A stretch of DNA of 64,000 nucleotides from Synechococcus sp. Its GTDB lineage: Bacteria; Cyanobacteriota; Cyanobacteriia; PCC-6307; Cyanobiaceae. The notes under the pieces were generated by a model, which ran no database searches, was not told the DNA's origin, and saw only the letters and a list, made by a program, of their open reading frames with translations. The stretch covers positions 544,001-608,000 of the forward strand of contig JBJBCN010000002.1 in the NCBI GenBank assembly GCA_047285805.1. The letters are read 5' to 3'. Within the stretch, counting starts at the first letter, position 1. Each line of letters starts with the position of its first letter. Position numbers and translations under genes: made by a program. Shown in pieces: positions 19,247 to 28,200 of the stretch.

Positions 19247-19308
19247 AGCGCGCTACCGCACTCAGGGGTAGGGTCGATTGAACCGCTGTTTCCCCTGCTT
19301 GGGGCTCC

Positions 19309-19698
19309 ATGGCGCTGCGCTGGGCTGACTTCATCACCCCATCAACCCTTCAACTGGCTCCATTGTTGGAGCTGTTGTTGGAGCCGATTCAAACGGCGGA
19401 TCAACTGGCCACCCTCCAGCTGGGTCTTCAGGAGGTCTTGGTGAATGCCGTCCGACATGGCAACGGCAATGACCCGCTGAAGTGTGTGCGAGTTCGCCGG
19501 ATCCTTACGCCCCAGTGGTGTGTCTTTCAGGTACAGGACGAGGGACCGGGGGTCCCGCCCCAGGCTCGCTTGTCAGCCCTTCCCGAACGCCTCGATGACC
19601 TGAGCGGTCGCGGTTTCTTTCTGATCCACCAGTGCTTTGACGATGTGCGCTGGAGTCGTCGCGGCAACCGGGTTCAGGTTGCGCTGCGCCGGGCCTAG
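19309..19698 (+). CDS. Anti-sigma regulatory factor-like ATP-binding protein (HATPase_c_2)
   Basis: EVLVNAVRHGN, DEGPG, SGRGFFLI. Confidence 0.85.
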   Translation: MALRWADFITPSTLQLAPLLELLLEPIQTADQLATLQLGLQEVLVNAVRHGNGNDPLKCVRVRRILTPQWCVFQVQDEGPGVPPQARLSALPERLDDLSGRGFFLIHQCFDDVRWSRRGNRVQVALRRA

Positions 19699-20000
19699 TG
19701 GCCGTGGCTGGGGCAACCCGGGTCTTTGCGCTCCCCTGTCAGCCAGCCGAGGGCATGTTCCACCAGTGCGGTCGCTTCCCGACGCTGAGGGCTAATGGTC
19801 GCACCCGCTGGGCTGTTCTCGTTGTCGAGGAGCAACACGAGTGCCGCCACCAGTTGCTCGGCAGCCCGGCGTTGGGGCTGCCCTTTGAGCGCATGCCAGT
19901 CCTGGTTGCCGATCGCCAGCTTTTGATGCAGCGCTTGAGCCAGCTGCTGACTCTCCAAAGGCCATTTCTGTGGATTTTGCTTTGCCTGATGGGCTTGCAC
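19695..20000 (-). CDS. Conserved cyanobacterial hypothetical protein (DUF6439-like); start uncertain
   Basis: DWHALK...RAAEQL...WL..ERKDPGCPSHG. Confidence 0.75.
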   Translation of the reverse strand: MQAHQAKQNPQKWPLESQQLAQALHQKLAIGNQDWHALKGQPQRRAAEQLVAALVLLLDNENSPAGATISPQRREATALVEHALGWLTGERKDPGCPSHGH

Positions 20001-20036
20001 TGGACGTATCCATTCACATCGGGGCATCCTGACGCC

Positions 20037-20309
20037 ATGCAACAGCGACCGCGTTCCCTCTATCAGCCGATCCGCTGGCTGCATCAGCTGGCCAACCTCT
20101 TGGCCACGGTCTCGGCGGCTGAACGCCTCGATCCACTCGACGACAGTCTCCAGGCCCGTCGCCTGCGCCAGCGCCTGGCGGCAGCCCAGCGTTTGCTGGA
20201 TCCACTCCCGGTACCCCTCCAGGCGAGTGTGTGGAGCGAGCGGGCTGTTTGGCAGTTCCTGCGGTGGGGTGGTCTTGGAGCGTTGCTGGCTGTACTTCTG
20301 AAGCGCTAG
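20037..20309 (+). CDS. Hypothetical protein with C-terminal membrane anchor
   Basis: ATG 20037; ends FLRWGGLGALLAVLLKR. Confidence 0.6.
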   Translation: MQQRPRSLYQPIRWLHQLANLLATVSAAERLDPLDDSLQARRLRQRLAAAQRLLDPLPVPLQASVWSERAVWQFLRWGGLGALLAVLLKR

Positions 20310-20319
20310 CTATGGCCGG

Positions 20320-20631
20320 CTACGCCGCGACTTGGATCAACGACTGATCGACTGGCGCTTCGCTTGGGTCGACCTCGAGTCCCTCAACGCCCTTATCAGC
20401 ACTGGTCTCGGTCATCCCCTCCCCGCGAAGCCAAGCAGCACGAAGGGCGCGGCGGCGGCGATCTTCGGCCAGGACCAAGCGATCCGCTGCGGCGATCGGG
20501 CTTTCGCCGTAGCGAAGCGGTGTACGGAGACAGATGCCAAAGCCGCGGGCTTCCACTTGAACACCCCCTTCCATAAGCACGGTTTGGAACGTCCAGCCCA
20601 TGAGCCATCGCACCTTGAAGGGATTGGACAT
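20320..20631 (-). CDS. Conserved picocyanobacterial hypothetical protein
   Basis: MSNPFKVRWLMGWTFQTVLMEG...AADRLVLAEDRRRRAL. Confidence 0.65.
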   Translation of the reverse strand: MSNPFKVRWLMGWTFQTVLMEGGVQVEARGFGICLRTPLRYGESPIAAADRLVLAEDRRRRALRAAWLRGEGMTETSADKGVEGLEVDPSEAPVDQSLIQVAA

Positions 20632-20686
20632 CCGCCACTTGGGTTTCGTAGACCCTATGGACTTTTTCGAGGGAGGTCCGCCTGTG

Positions 20687-21742
20687 TCAGGGCTTGGTGG
20701 CACTCCAGACGCGCGTCATCAGATGCGATTGGGCCCGAATCCCGCTAAACCCAGCAGCGCTCAATCGAGCGTCGATGTCATCGGCGATGTAATCGCGGTA
20801 ATAGGGCTCATGGAAGACGCGTCGGAAGTTGTCCATAGCCACTTCAAATTGCGGGGAGTCGGCCAGTTGGACCGAATCCGCCAACACCAGAACACCACCC
20901 GGTTCGAGAACGCGGAAGCAGTCGTTAATCACTGCTTGGCGTGCCTCGGCGGGCAGCTCGTGCATTAAAAAGACACAGGTCACCCCCTGCATGCTGCCTT
21001 CCGCGAAGGGCATTGCTTCGGCATTGCCTTTGACCAGCTGTGGCAGTTCCGAGGGTCGCTGCGAGAGCCAACGGTTGGCTTGGCGAAGATAGGAGGAGGA
21101 CAGGTCCAGGCCGCAGAGCTGGGCCTTGGGCAGGGCGGCCCGCAATTGATGCAGGGTGCGTCCGGTGCCTGTGGCGATGTCCAAGACGCGCAGTGCACTG
21201 GATGGACGTCCTTCAAACGCACGTAGCCCCTGCAGCAGAGGCTTGATCACACGACGCCGCATGGGGTCTGCGGTGCCGTTGAACAGAATTTCCACCTGCA
21301 GGTCGTAGAGCGATGCCGAGTGGTCGCTCAGGTAGCCATCGGTTTGATGGTGGAAGTTTTGCAGGTAGTAGTCGGGGTAGTTCTCCTGCTCGACGCTGGT
21401 TGGCAGATCACGCACATTTCTCTCGGAACGCCTGGTCCAAGTGCTGGGCATGTCCAGCCAGACCATGGGGTAGCGGGCAGCCCAATCCCCCCATGGGGAA
21501 TCAAAGAGCAGGGAGGTGGGATAGAGACCAACTTCAGCTTCCTGCCAGTCCACGTCCAATAACGCTTTGTGGGAGGCCTGCAGGTCCCGCAGCATCTCGG
21601 GTGGGATGGGCAGCGTTTTGGGCGCTCCATCGGGTGCGACCAGTTCCATAAGCCGCGTGCTGATCTCCTTGTGGGCGACTCCGACCAGGCTCTTGCCCTG
21701 TTGCAGGGCCTCATAGGCGAGCTTGGTGATGGCGTCTGCCAT
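20687..21742 (-). CDS. Class I SAM-dependent methyltransferase
   Basis: YYLQNFHHQTDGYLS, VLDIATGTG, FLMHELP. Confidence 0.9.
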   Translation of the reverse strand: MADAITKLAYEALQQGKSLVGVAHKEISTRLMELVAPDGAPKTLPIPPEMLRDLQASHKALLDVDWQEAEVGLYPTSLLFDSPWGDWAARYPMVWLDMPSTWTRRSERNVRDLPTSVEQENYPDYYLQNFHHQTDGYLSDHSASLYDLQVEILFNGTADPMRRRVIKPLLQGLRAFEGRPSSALRVLDIATGTGRTLHQLRAALPKAQLCGLDLSSSYLRQANRWLSQRPSELPQLVKGNAEAMPFAEGSMQGVTCVFLMHELPAEARQAVINDCFRVLEPGGVLVLADSVQLADSPQFEVAMDNFRRVFHEPYYRDYIADDIDARLSAAGFSGIRAQSHLMTRVWSATKP

Positions 21743-21808
21743 GGGCGGGTGTCAGGTGAAATCAAGCGGCATCCATTTCAGCTGATGGAATGCCACCGCC
21801 GTGGCCGT

Positions 21809-21822
21809 GTATCCCATTTAAC
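21809..21822. promoter_or_regulatory. Secondary NtcA-like site
   Basis: GTA-tcccattt-AAC, one mismatch to GTA-N8-TAC. Confidence 0.4.
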
Positions 21823-21856
21823 GCAGATCAAGATTGATGGAGTTACGGTTTTTTTG

Positions 21857-21870
21857 GTAGCAACGGCTAC
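21857..21870. promoter_or_regulatory. NtcA binding site
   Basis: Perfect GTA-gcaacggc-TAC flanked by T and A tracts, 41 nt upstream of ATG 21912. Confidence 0.75.
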
Positions 21871-21911
21871 AAAATAGAAGAGTGAAGCAGGAATGTAGAA
21901 GGAGGAATCTG

Positions 21912-22142
21912 ATGATCGAGTCCACCCCCACCGCTCGCTGGAACGAGCCCCATTACGTCGCTTGGGTGCGGGAGCATCAGCGCGCTGCCCGTCGCGTCTC
22001 CGCTTGGCTCTCCCAGCGCCGTGCCAAGCCCGATCTTGACCATGAAGAACGGGTGGACGCTCAGGCCCTGGTGTGGGCCGAGCGCCATGCCCATGAGCAC
22101 CGGCTGCACGACAGCGCCCTCGAGCAGCTTCGCCACGGCTAA
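21912..22142 (+). CDS. Small protein, candidate glutamine synthetase inactivating factor (Gif-like)
   Basis: AAGGAGG RBS; 76 aa rich in Arg/His/Glu; NtcA box upstream; convergent with the ancestral glnA 3' end. Confidence 0.55.
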   Translation: MIESTPTARWNEPHYVAWVREHQRAARRVSAWLSQRRAKPDLDHEERVDAQALVWAERHAHEHRLHDSALEQLRHG

Positions 22143-22151
22143 GTCGGCACG

Positions 22152-22175
22152 AAAAAGCCCCGCCGAAGCCGGGGT
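22152..22175 (-). terminator. Terminator (probable original glnA terminator)
   Basis: Minus strand ACCCCGGC-TTCG-GCGGGGC then TTTTT, directly after the degenerate glnA 3' copy. Confidence 0.7.
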
Positions 22176-22193
22176 AGTGGTCGCTGCGACGTC

Positions 22194-22221
22194 GATCAGC
22201 CGTCGCAGTACTTGGTGGACT
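22194..22221. repeat. att-like degenerate copy of the glnA 3' end
   Basis: GATCAGCCGTCGCAGTACTTGGTGGACT vs GATCAGGCGTCGTAGTACATCGTGAATT. Confidence 0.7.
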
Positions 22222-22499
22222 AAGCCTCAGTATTGAGTCAATTGGCAAAACCAGACATAGCAATTGTTCTCAGCGGTCTGACAACGACTGCTATCTAGGT
22301 CGTTGGCTGTCCCATTCACGCCGGCCACTACTGATGCGTGCAGGCGATTTGAGTTGTAACTACTCCAGGCAAGAAAGCCAGCTGCAAGACACCCAGCTTG
22401 TGCTCAGCTCAAAAACGAGACTGGGTGAGGGGGTGATTCGAGACGATGTCACAATCGAATGGGGGCTCTGAGATTTTTGGTGAGGATCGTTCACCAAGC

Positions 22500-22776
22500 G
22501 CTCCTAGAGAAAGCTGAAGAGGTTGTGAATCCGCAGCTTGCCCGCGGCGGCAAGCTGGACCAAAAGTTCGCCGCGATCGATCGCAAGTCCGTCATCAACT
22601 GCAACCTGAATTGGAGCCCAAGTCCTGCCCATCAAAACGATGAGGTAATGCTGGTGATCCGCTGGCCTTAGGTCGCTGCCCACTTCAGCCGCGTTATGGA
22701 TCGCCTCTGGCTCAGTTCCGATCGGCGCATCACCGAACGGTTGCGGCGAAAGCAGGAACGCAACCGCCTGTGCTGA
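22500..22776 (+). pseudogene. Decayed C-terminal fragment of a phospholipase D-family nuclease (cyanobacterial competence ComA-like)
   Basis: LARGGKLDQKFAAIDRKSVINCNLNWSPSPAHQNDE is an eroded HxKxxxxD...GSxNWS..A..NDE motif. Internal TAG at 22669, then AAHFSRVMDRLW continues in frame. Confidence 0.7.
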
Positions 22777-23341
22777 GGACTGTCGCAGTCCGCTTCTTAG
22801 TTTCCAATGGTGGCAACGAACTGCCTGACGACTGCGTGGGCCATCAATGAATCCTCCTGGCACTCCTGCAGCCACCTCATCCAGAGCTTCTGCGGACACG
22901 CACTGAGAGAGCTCAGTGACCCGACAAGGGGGAGGTCATTCCGCTTCCACAAAACACTCCTTGCCGCGAGCTGGTGCTGGGGGGCTCTTGGTTGGGCACA
23001 TACGTAGGTAACTGACAGATGGCACTGCAGTGATTCCGAGCACCGGTATGTACCCGCGCCCTTCATACCTTCATACGGAGGGAACATCGAAGCCTTCTGT
23101 TCGTATCCGGGCGGAGGCTTTTCTCTCTAACTGCGTGGCGAGACAATACGGGAGCCCCACCCCACCTCAAAAATTCCTACTAGCAAGTAGTGGTCTGGAT
23201 GTTTTAGTTGGGTACAGAGAATGGTAACTGATTGATGCCAGCGAAGTAATTTTAGCAACGATGTCCGACTGCCCTCTCCATACCGTAATTAGGAGAGAAC
23301 TCCTTGTCCTTCTGTTCCCTTTCCCCTCCTGAAATTCGCCA

Positions 23342-23533
23342 ATGGATGACGCAGTGCCTATGGATAGGGTGGCTCGGGAGCGACTGGGACTCCTTTCTCA
23401 GCTTTGGAAGCTGACCCCTGGGCAACGCTCTCAGATGCTTCGACAATTTGGAGCGACGACAACTATGTGCGATACAACCATCCCTGTCGAAGTGGCGATG
23501 CGTGCTCTCCAGATTGCGAAGGCCTCGGGGTGA
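23342..23533 (+). CDS. Small hypothetical protein
   Basis: 63 aa; pyrimidine-rich leader and a downstream terminator. Confidence 0.45.
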   Translation: MDDAVPMDRVARERLGLLSQLWKLTPGQRSQMLRQFGATTTMCDTTIPVEVAMRALQIAKASG

Positions 23534-23565
23534 TTTCCTAGGTGGGGAGCTGTCTGGAGTGCGAG

Positions 23566-23598
23566 AAAAAAGCCGGTCACCAACCGGCTCCTTTCTTT
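23566..23598. terminator. Bidirectional terminator-like hairpin
   Basis: AAAAA-AGCCGGT-cacca-ACCGGCT-CCTTTCTTT. Confidence 0.65.
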
Positions 23599-23664
23599 CC
23601 CTGTGGACTGCACTCAGCGGTTATGGCTCACGTCTACACAAAATGCCAGTAAGCGGGTGCGCAG

Positions 23665-24033
23665 TTGCAATTGAGCTTCTCTACAAACACTAGCTTCACC
23701 CCAATGGGCTTTGCCATAAATGATCCGAGGAACGCTGATTGGGTGCCGACTTCAGTCCAAGCAACTGCAACAGGGAGATCACCTGACCAAGAAGTGTCGT
23801 CAATGGATGACCAGACGGGAAAAGCAGCTCGGCTGGTGCCCAGAGGTCGCCTGATGACGAATGACGTTCTCCCCTATGGACTGCTTCGGACGCCAGGAGC
23901 AGGTCTCCACTGCTGCCTATACTGCCGTCCTTACGACAGCAACTACTGCCACCTTCATGAGGGCTCTATCCCTGGACCGAAGGTGTCATCAGTCAAGTGC
24001 TGGAACAGTGCACATGGTTTAAAGCTCGACTGA
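23665..24033 (+). CDS. Hypothetical protein with Cys-rich C-terminus (start uncertain)
   Basis: CCLYC...CHLH...CW pattern. Confidence 0.3.
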   Translation: MQLSFSTNTSFTPMGFAINDPRNADWVPTSVQATATGRSPDQEVSSMDDQTGKAARLVPRGRLMTNDVLPYGLLRTPGAGLHCCLYCRPYDSNYCHLHEGSIPGPKVSSVKCWNSAHGLKLD

Positions 24034-24156
24034 GCAAGTGTTTCTAGCCCTGAAGGCGAGTGACAAGTTCCTTAAAGCCTTTATCTCAAAACAGGAGAAA
24101 ATTAATCCACCCGCGAAGGAATAAATTTTCACACTTACAGCTGTAGGTTTGTTTAT

Positions 24157-25383
24157 CTATAACAAGCCCACGGAATAAGGATGCTCGCCCAGGACGAAGT
24201 CAATTAGGCTACCTTCGTGCTCGATGAGAGCTTTTTCGTACTCTATCCCTAAATTAGAAGCTTCAATCAGGATGTCTTGAGCTCGCCACTGTGTTGGGAT
24301 AATTAGGACATCAGGCTTCCACTTGAGCAGCTCTTCGGGTGCCTTGATCTCTTGTCCTACGCCAGGCACATAAGTCCCGATCTTGCGAAGATCTGAATCA
24401 ACTACGATTTGAATATCTTCACAGCTGATTCCGTAGTGGTGCATAAAAGCAGCACATTTCCCTGTCCCTCCCCAGATCGCCACTCGCTTACCTTGCGTCA
24501 AGAGCATTGAGATCTGATTGGAAATTGTTGATATGGAAGTCGTTGTGGAGGCAGAGTAAAGCAGAGCTTCTTCCTTAATGCTTCTCTGTCTTTGACCTGG
24601 ACATAGCTCTACGAGACCGCAGACAACCTCTCCATCATATGCATGAGATATGTTAACGACCTGTCCTGCGCTTGACAGCAAGTATTTGAATGACTCAGTT
24701 GTAAATTGCGACGGGTGCTCATAGTAAAAGTCTGCTAGCCGCCTCGTGCTAAAAACCCTATCAATGCATGGAACTTCGCAATAAAGGTAGACTGATTTCT
24801 CTATCTCATTGCTGGCCCATGCTAATGAGTGGAGGAATGATGATGGCGCTGTCAGATGCTCGATGACATGTCTCATCAAAAGAAGATCAGGCTGAAGCTT
24901 CTTCAGATGCTCAAACGGGTCGAATAGTGATTTATGAAATTCGATAGATATCTCGCTAAGATTTACATCTCCCGATGGATCAAAGCCCAAGAATCTGCCT
25001 TTGCCTTGATACGAATTCGCCATACTGCCTAAAAAACTGCCATCACCACAGCCAATATCAATGACAATTGGCTCGGGCGGAAGTGAATTTGCAAGTCTGT
25101 CTCTTAAATTACCAAGATGATCTTTCCATATTGCCCCACGATTAAACATTTTGTTTGGCTTGTCGCCATAAGGTATATCTTTCCAGTCAAATAGGTGATT
25201 CCATACATGTGAACAATTAAGGCACTGGATGTATTCTTGTTCAAATGTGGGCACTTGTAGCGCTGCCTTCTGTGAATCAGCCCAGGCAATCGTTGCTAGA
25301 GGTTTCTTGCCTGCTTTAAAAATAGTGACAGCTAGTGTGTAGCCACAAACAGGGCATTGCTTGCATTGATATGACCTTCTCAT
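24157..25383 (-). CDS. SAM-dependent methyltransferase, NDP-sugar C-methyltransferase-like
   Basis: N-terminal CPVC/CLNC zinc site, DIGCGDG, RHVIEH, FYYEHP, C-terminal AIWGGTGK..VDSD..KIGTYVPG. ATG overlaps the upstream stop (ATGA). Confidence 0.85.
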   Translation of the reverse strand: MRRSYQCKQCPVCGYTLAVTIFKAGKKPLATIAWADSQKAALQVPTFEQEYIQCLNCSHVWNHLFDWKDIPYGDKPNKMFNRGAIWKDHLGNLRDRLANSLPPEPIVIDIGCGDGSFLGSMANSYQGKGRFLGFDPSGDVNLSEISIEFHKSLFDPFEHLKKLQPDLLLMRHVIEHLTAPSSFLHSLAWASNEIEKSVYLYCEVPCIDRVFSTRRLADFYYEHPSQFTTESFKYLLSSAGQVVNISHAYDGEVVCGLVELCPGQRQRSIKEEALLYSASTTTSISTISNQISMLLTQGKRVAIWGGTGKCAAFMHHYGISCEDIQIVVDSDLRKIGTYVPGVGQEIKAPEELLKWKPDVLIIPTQWRAQDILIEASNLGIEYEKALIEHEGSLIDFVLGEHPYSVGLL

Positions 25384-27755
25384 GCCTGGAAATTTATGGC
25401 TGACTGCCATTCTAGGGGAAGCTTCCGTCCAGCTCTATCGCTTTCAATGGCGGCAAAGATAAATTCTATAAACTCGTCGCCCGCCTCTTGATCATTGAAT
25501 AAGTGCTGTTGAGCAGCATTGCGAATATCATCCTTCAACCTATCCCTTATATCGCTGGATTCTGCAAGTCTTTTGCACCACTCGACGTATTCATCGGGGC
25601 TTCTTGCTACTGGAGCATTTTCAAGATTCATCTGCTGATATCCCCCTGCGACAATCCTGCCACGCATATAATTTCCTGGCATTGTGATCAGTGGAGTCCC
25701 CACTGCCATTGCTTCATAGAATGTATTGCCGCTTCCGAAGTAAAAAGGATCAAGAAGAAGATCCATTGAATCAAGAAACTCTAGATATATATCGCTATTC
25801 ATGCGTGGCAGAAACACCGAATTCTTTGCGACTGTTGGAGCTCTTCTCCTCCATCTATCTTTCAGTCGCTCAGTCTGCAAATTGCTGTGCCCGTTAATTA
25901 AGACAAAACATGCTGATGGCACCTCTAACGCAATGCTCTCAAGTATTTCATCGTAATCGGGGTGAAACTTAAAGAGGCTTTGCGGTATTCCAATGAGAAC
26001 TCGATCACTGGGCAATTCCTTGAAGTTACATTGTGAGGAGCTGCTTTCTTTGCGAACTGGCTCATCGTAGATACAGGGAAGACGCGATAAGAGTACCAGC
26101 TGTTCTGCATAGTAATCTTGAGAATTCTCTGATTCAATGAGGCTAGAGCTGACAAAGTAGTCAATTGTTGACAGACCAGTCGTATTGGGATGCCCCCAGC
26201 TCGTCATTTGAATCGGCGCCAGCCTTGATAGCGCCATTTGATAAGTGAAGGGCGACATCCCGATATCAGGATAGAACAAGACATCAAGTTGTTCTCCCAG
26301 AACTCTTTCGCAAGCCAGCATGTAGTTCGCAGGAAGATCAATAACTTTAGAGCAGGTCTTGCTAATTATCTTTCTGTGGTTATCTCTCTTGGTGTCGTTC
26401 GGGTAAAGAAGTATGGTTTCGCAATTCGATGCATTCATTCTTTCAATTATTCCGCTGTAGAGTCTTCCTATTGTGTGATTACCAAGAAACTGAGAGCATA
26501 TTCCAATCCTCGGCATGCTTTTCATACGCCTGGCTGGCAAGTCTGATTCTGCCTGGCGTATAAAACCTCTCGTGAATGGGGATGACTTGATTGAGCTTGA
26601 GATCTTTTCAAGCAACGCTCGATCATCATGGCAGTTGTGATATGCGATCCAAAACATGTCAGTCTCTAGCGCCTTCTGCGGGCGTCTGGGGTTATTTGGC
26701 GCCTCTAGTAGTACAAGCTGATCTAAACCCTCTTTGTATTTCTGGCGTGCCTCGTTGATGTCCTCCTGGCATTCGTAGAATTCTTTAAAATATAATCTGC
26801 TCTTCATCCAGTAAAGCGGTGTTTCGGGGGATTGCATGGATGCAATACCCCATTCGTCTATGGCAGCGTGTAGATCACCCTGCGCCTTGAGAGCATTGCC
26901 CAGGTTGTAGTGAGCATCTGGGAAGTTAGGCTTAAGTTGAAGAGCCGTATTGTAGGAAGCGATGGCAGCGTCTAGTTCATCCTGCTCCTGGAGAGCAATA
27001 CCCAGGTTGTTGTGAGCCTCTGGGTAGTTGGGCTTGAGTTGAAGAGCCGTGTTGTAGGAGGCAATGGCAGCGGTAAGATCACCCTGTGCCTTGAAAGCAT
27101 TACCCAGGTTGTTGTGAGCCTCTGGGTAGTTGGGCTTAAGTTGAAGAGCCTTGTTGTAGGAGGCAATGGCAACGTCTAGATCACCCTGGGCTTTGAGAGC
27201 ATTGCCCAGGTTGTTGTGAGCCTCTGGGAAGTTGGACTTAAGTTCAAAAGCTGTGATGTAGGAGGCAATGGCAGCTTGTAGATCACCCTGTTCCTTGAGA
27301 GCAATACCCAGGTTGTTGTGAGCCTCTGGGAAGTTGGGCTTAAGTTGAAGAGCCGTGTTGTAGGAGGCAATGGCAGCTTGTAGATCACCCTGCTCCTTGA
27401 GAGCAATACCCAGGTTGTTGTGACCCTGTGGGTAGTTGGGCTTGAGTTGAAGAGCCGTGTTGTAGGAGGCAATGGCAGCTTGTAGATCACCCTGCGCCTT
27501 TAGAGCAATACCCAGGTCGTTGTGACCTTCTGGATAGTCGGGATTGATTTCTAATGCTTTTTGGAGAAGCTGAATGCTTTCTTTATGCCTACCTTCCATT
27601 AGGTAGATTGCTGCCAGGTGCCCGTAGACAATGTGATCTTTCGTTCCTTCGGTGATCAGCTCTTTGTAAATCGCTCCTGCTTCTTGAAGCTTCCCCTGAT
27701 GGATTAGCGCGACAGCCTGCTGTTCCTTCGCGGCGTGATCAGACATCGTGTTCAA
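25380..27755 (-). CDS. TPR-repeat GT41-family glycosyltransferase (OGT/SPINDLY-like)
   Basis: N-terminal TPR array, then HTIGRL, LDVLFYPDIGM, RLAPIQMTSWGHPNTTG, SLFKFHP, LDPFYFGSGNT. Confidence 0.9.
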   Translation of the reverse strand: MNTMSDHAAKEQQAVALIHQGKLQEAGAIYKELITEGTKDHIVYGHLAAIYLMEGRHKESIQLLQKALEINPDYPEGHNDLGIALKAQGDLQAAIASYNTALQLKPNYPQGHNNLGIALKEQGDLQAAIASYNTALQLKPNFPEAHNNLGIALKEQGDLQAAIASYITAFELKSNFPEAHNNLGNALKAQGDLDVAIASYNKALQLKPNYPEAHNNLGNAFKAQGDLTAAIASYNTALQLKPNYPEAHNNLGIALQEQDELDAAIASYNTALQLKPNFPDAHYNLGNALKAQGDLHAAIDEWGIASMQSPETPLYWMKSRLYFKEFYECQEDINEARQKYKEGLDQLVLLEAPNNPRRPQKALETDMFWIAYHNCHDDRALLEKISSSIKSSPFTRGFIRQAESDLPARRMKSMPRIGICSQFLGNHTIGRLYSGIIERMNASNCETILLYPNDTKRDNHRKIISKTCSKVIDLPANYMLACERVLGEQLDVLFYPDIGMSPFTYQMALSRLAPIQMTSWGHPNTTGLSTIDYFVSSSLIESENSQDYYAEQLVLLSRLPCIYDEPVRKESSSSQCNFKELPSDRVLIGIPQSLFKFHPDYDEILESIALEVPSACFVLINGHSNLQTERLKDRWRRRAPTVAKNSVFLPRMNSDIYLEFLDSMDLLLDPFYFGSGNTFYEAMAVGTPLITMPGNYMRGRIVAGGYQQMNLENAPVARSPDEYVEWCKRLAESSDIRDRLKDDIRNAAQQHLFNDQEAGDEFIEFIFAAIESDRAGRKLPLEWQSAINFQA
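26860..27533 (-). repeat. 102-bp tandem repeats encoding TPR units
   Basis: Six near-identical 34-aa units (P-x-x-HNNLG-x-ALKxQGDLxAAIASYNTALQLKPN) plus a partial seventh. Confidence 0.92.
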
Positions 27756-27879
27756 CTCCGCTGTAGAAGCATAACGTCTGAGCCACCAACAAAGATCTGG
27801 CGAATCTACTGCCCACCTAACTTGATTTGAAACTCCATGCCAGGTTCAAGACCAGGCATCCCGGTGTATGCCTTGCCTA

Positions 27880-28125
27880 TCAGCAGGTTGGAATTCTTTT
27901 GAACCTTTTGGCAAGGCGTTCTGCAGCCGTTGGAAGCTTCGCCAGCTCTATTTCCTGGTCGGTCTTGGCCAGGCAGCTGATGGATTTCCTACGAGCTTCT
28001 GCGAGTTCGTGTCCGAGCCGTATACGCCAAATCTTTTTGCCGATCTGCTCTTGCAGCGCTCTTGGCACCGCTCCGGAGAACCACCAGTCCTTGACTTGCT
28101 GAATCAGATAGGGGGGTTTGGCCAG
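27880..28125 (-). pseudogene. N-terminal relic of a tyrosine integrase (DUF6538-like arm domain)
   Basis: AKPPYLIQQVKDWWFSGAVPRALQEQIGKKIWRIRLG; no ATG, truncated by stops; next to the att at glnA. Confidence 0.55.
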
Positions 28126-28177
28126 AAAAAAAGGACCCTGCTATCTAGACCACACGATAGGGCTAGAAGCAGGATCC
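28126..28177 (-). terminator. Island-supplied terminator downstream of glnA
   Basis: Minus strand GGATCCTGCTTCTAG...CTAGATAGCAGGGTCC followed by T7. Confidence 0.65.
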
Positions 28178-28200
28178 CAGTTGAATGCTGGCCTATGGGA

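Noticed and set aside
22797..22899. SAEALDEVAAG resembling a Nif11/double-glycine RiPP leader
   Set aside because: Short match with no full leader and no modifying enzyme nearby; the frame runs antisense into the PLD relic.
26860..27533. Regular repeats as a CRISPR array
   Set aside because: They are contiguous 102-bp in-frame coding units with no unique spacers, and no cas genes are present.
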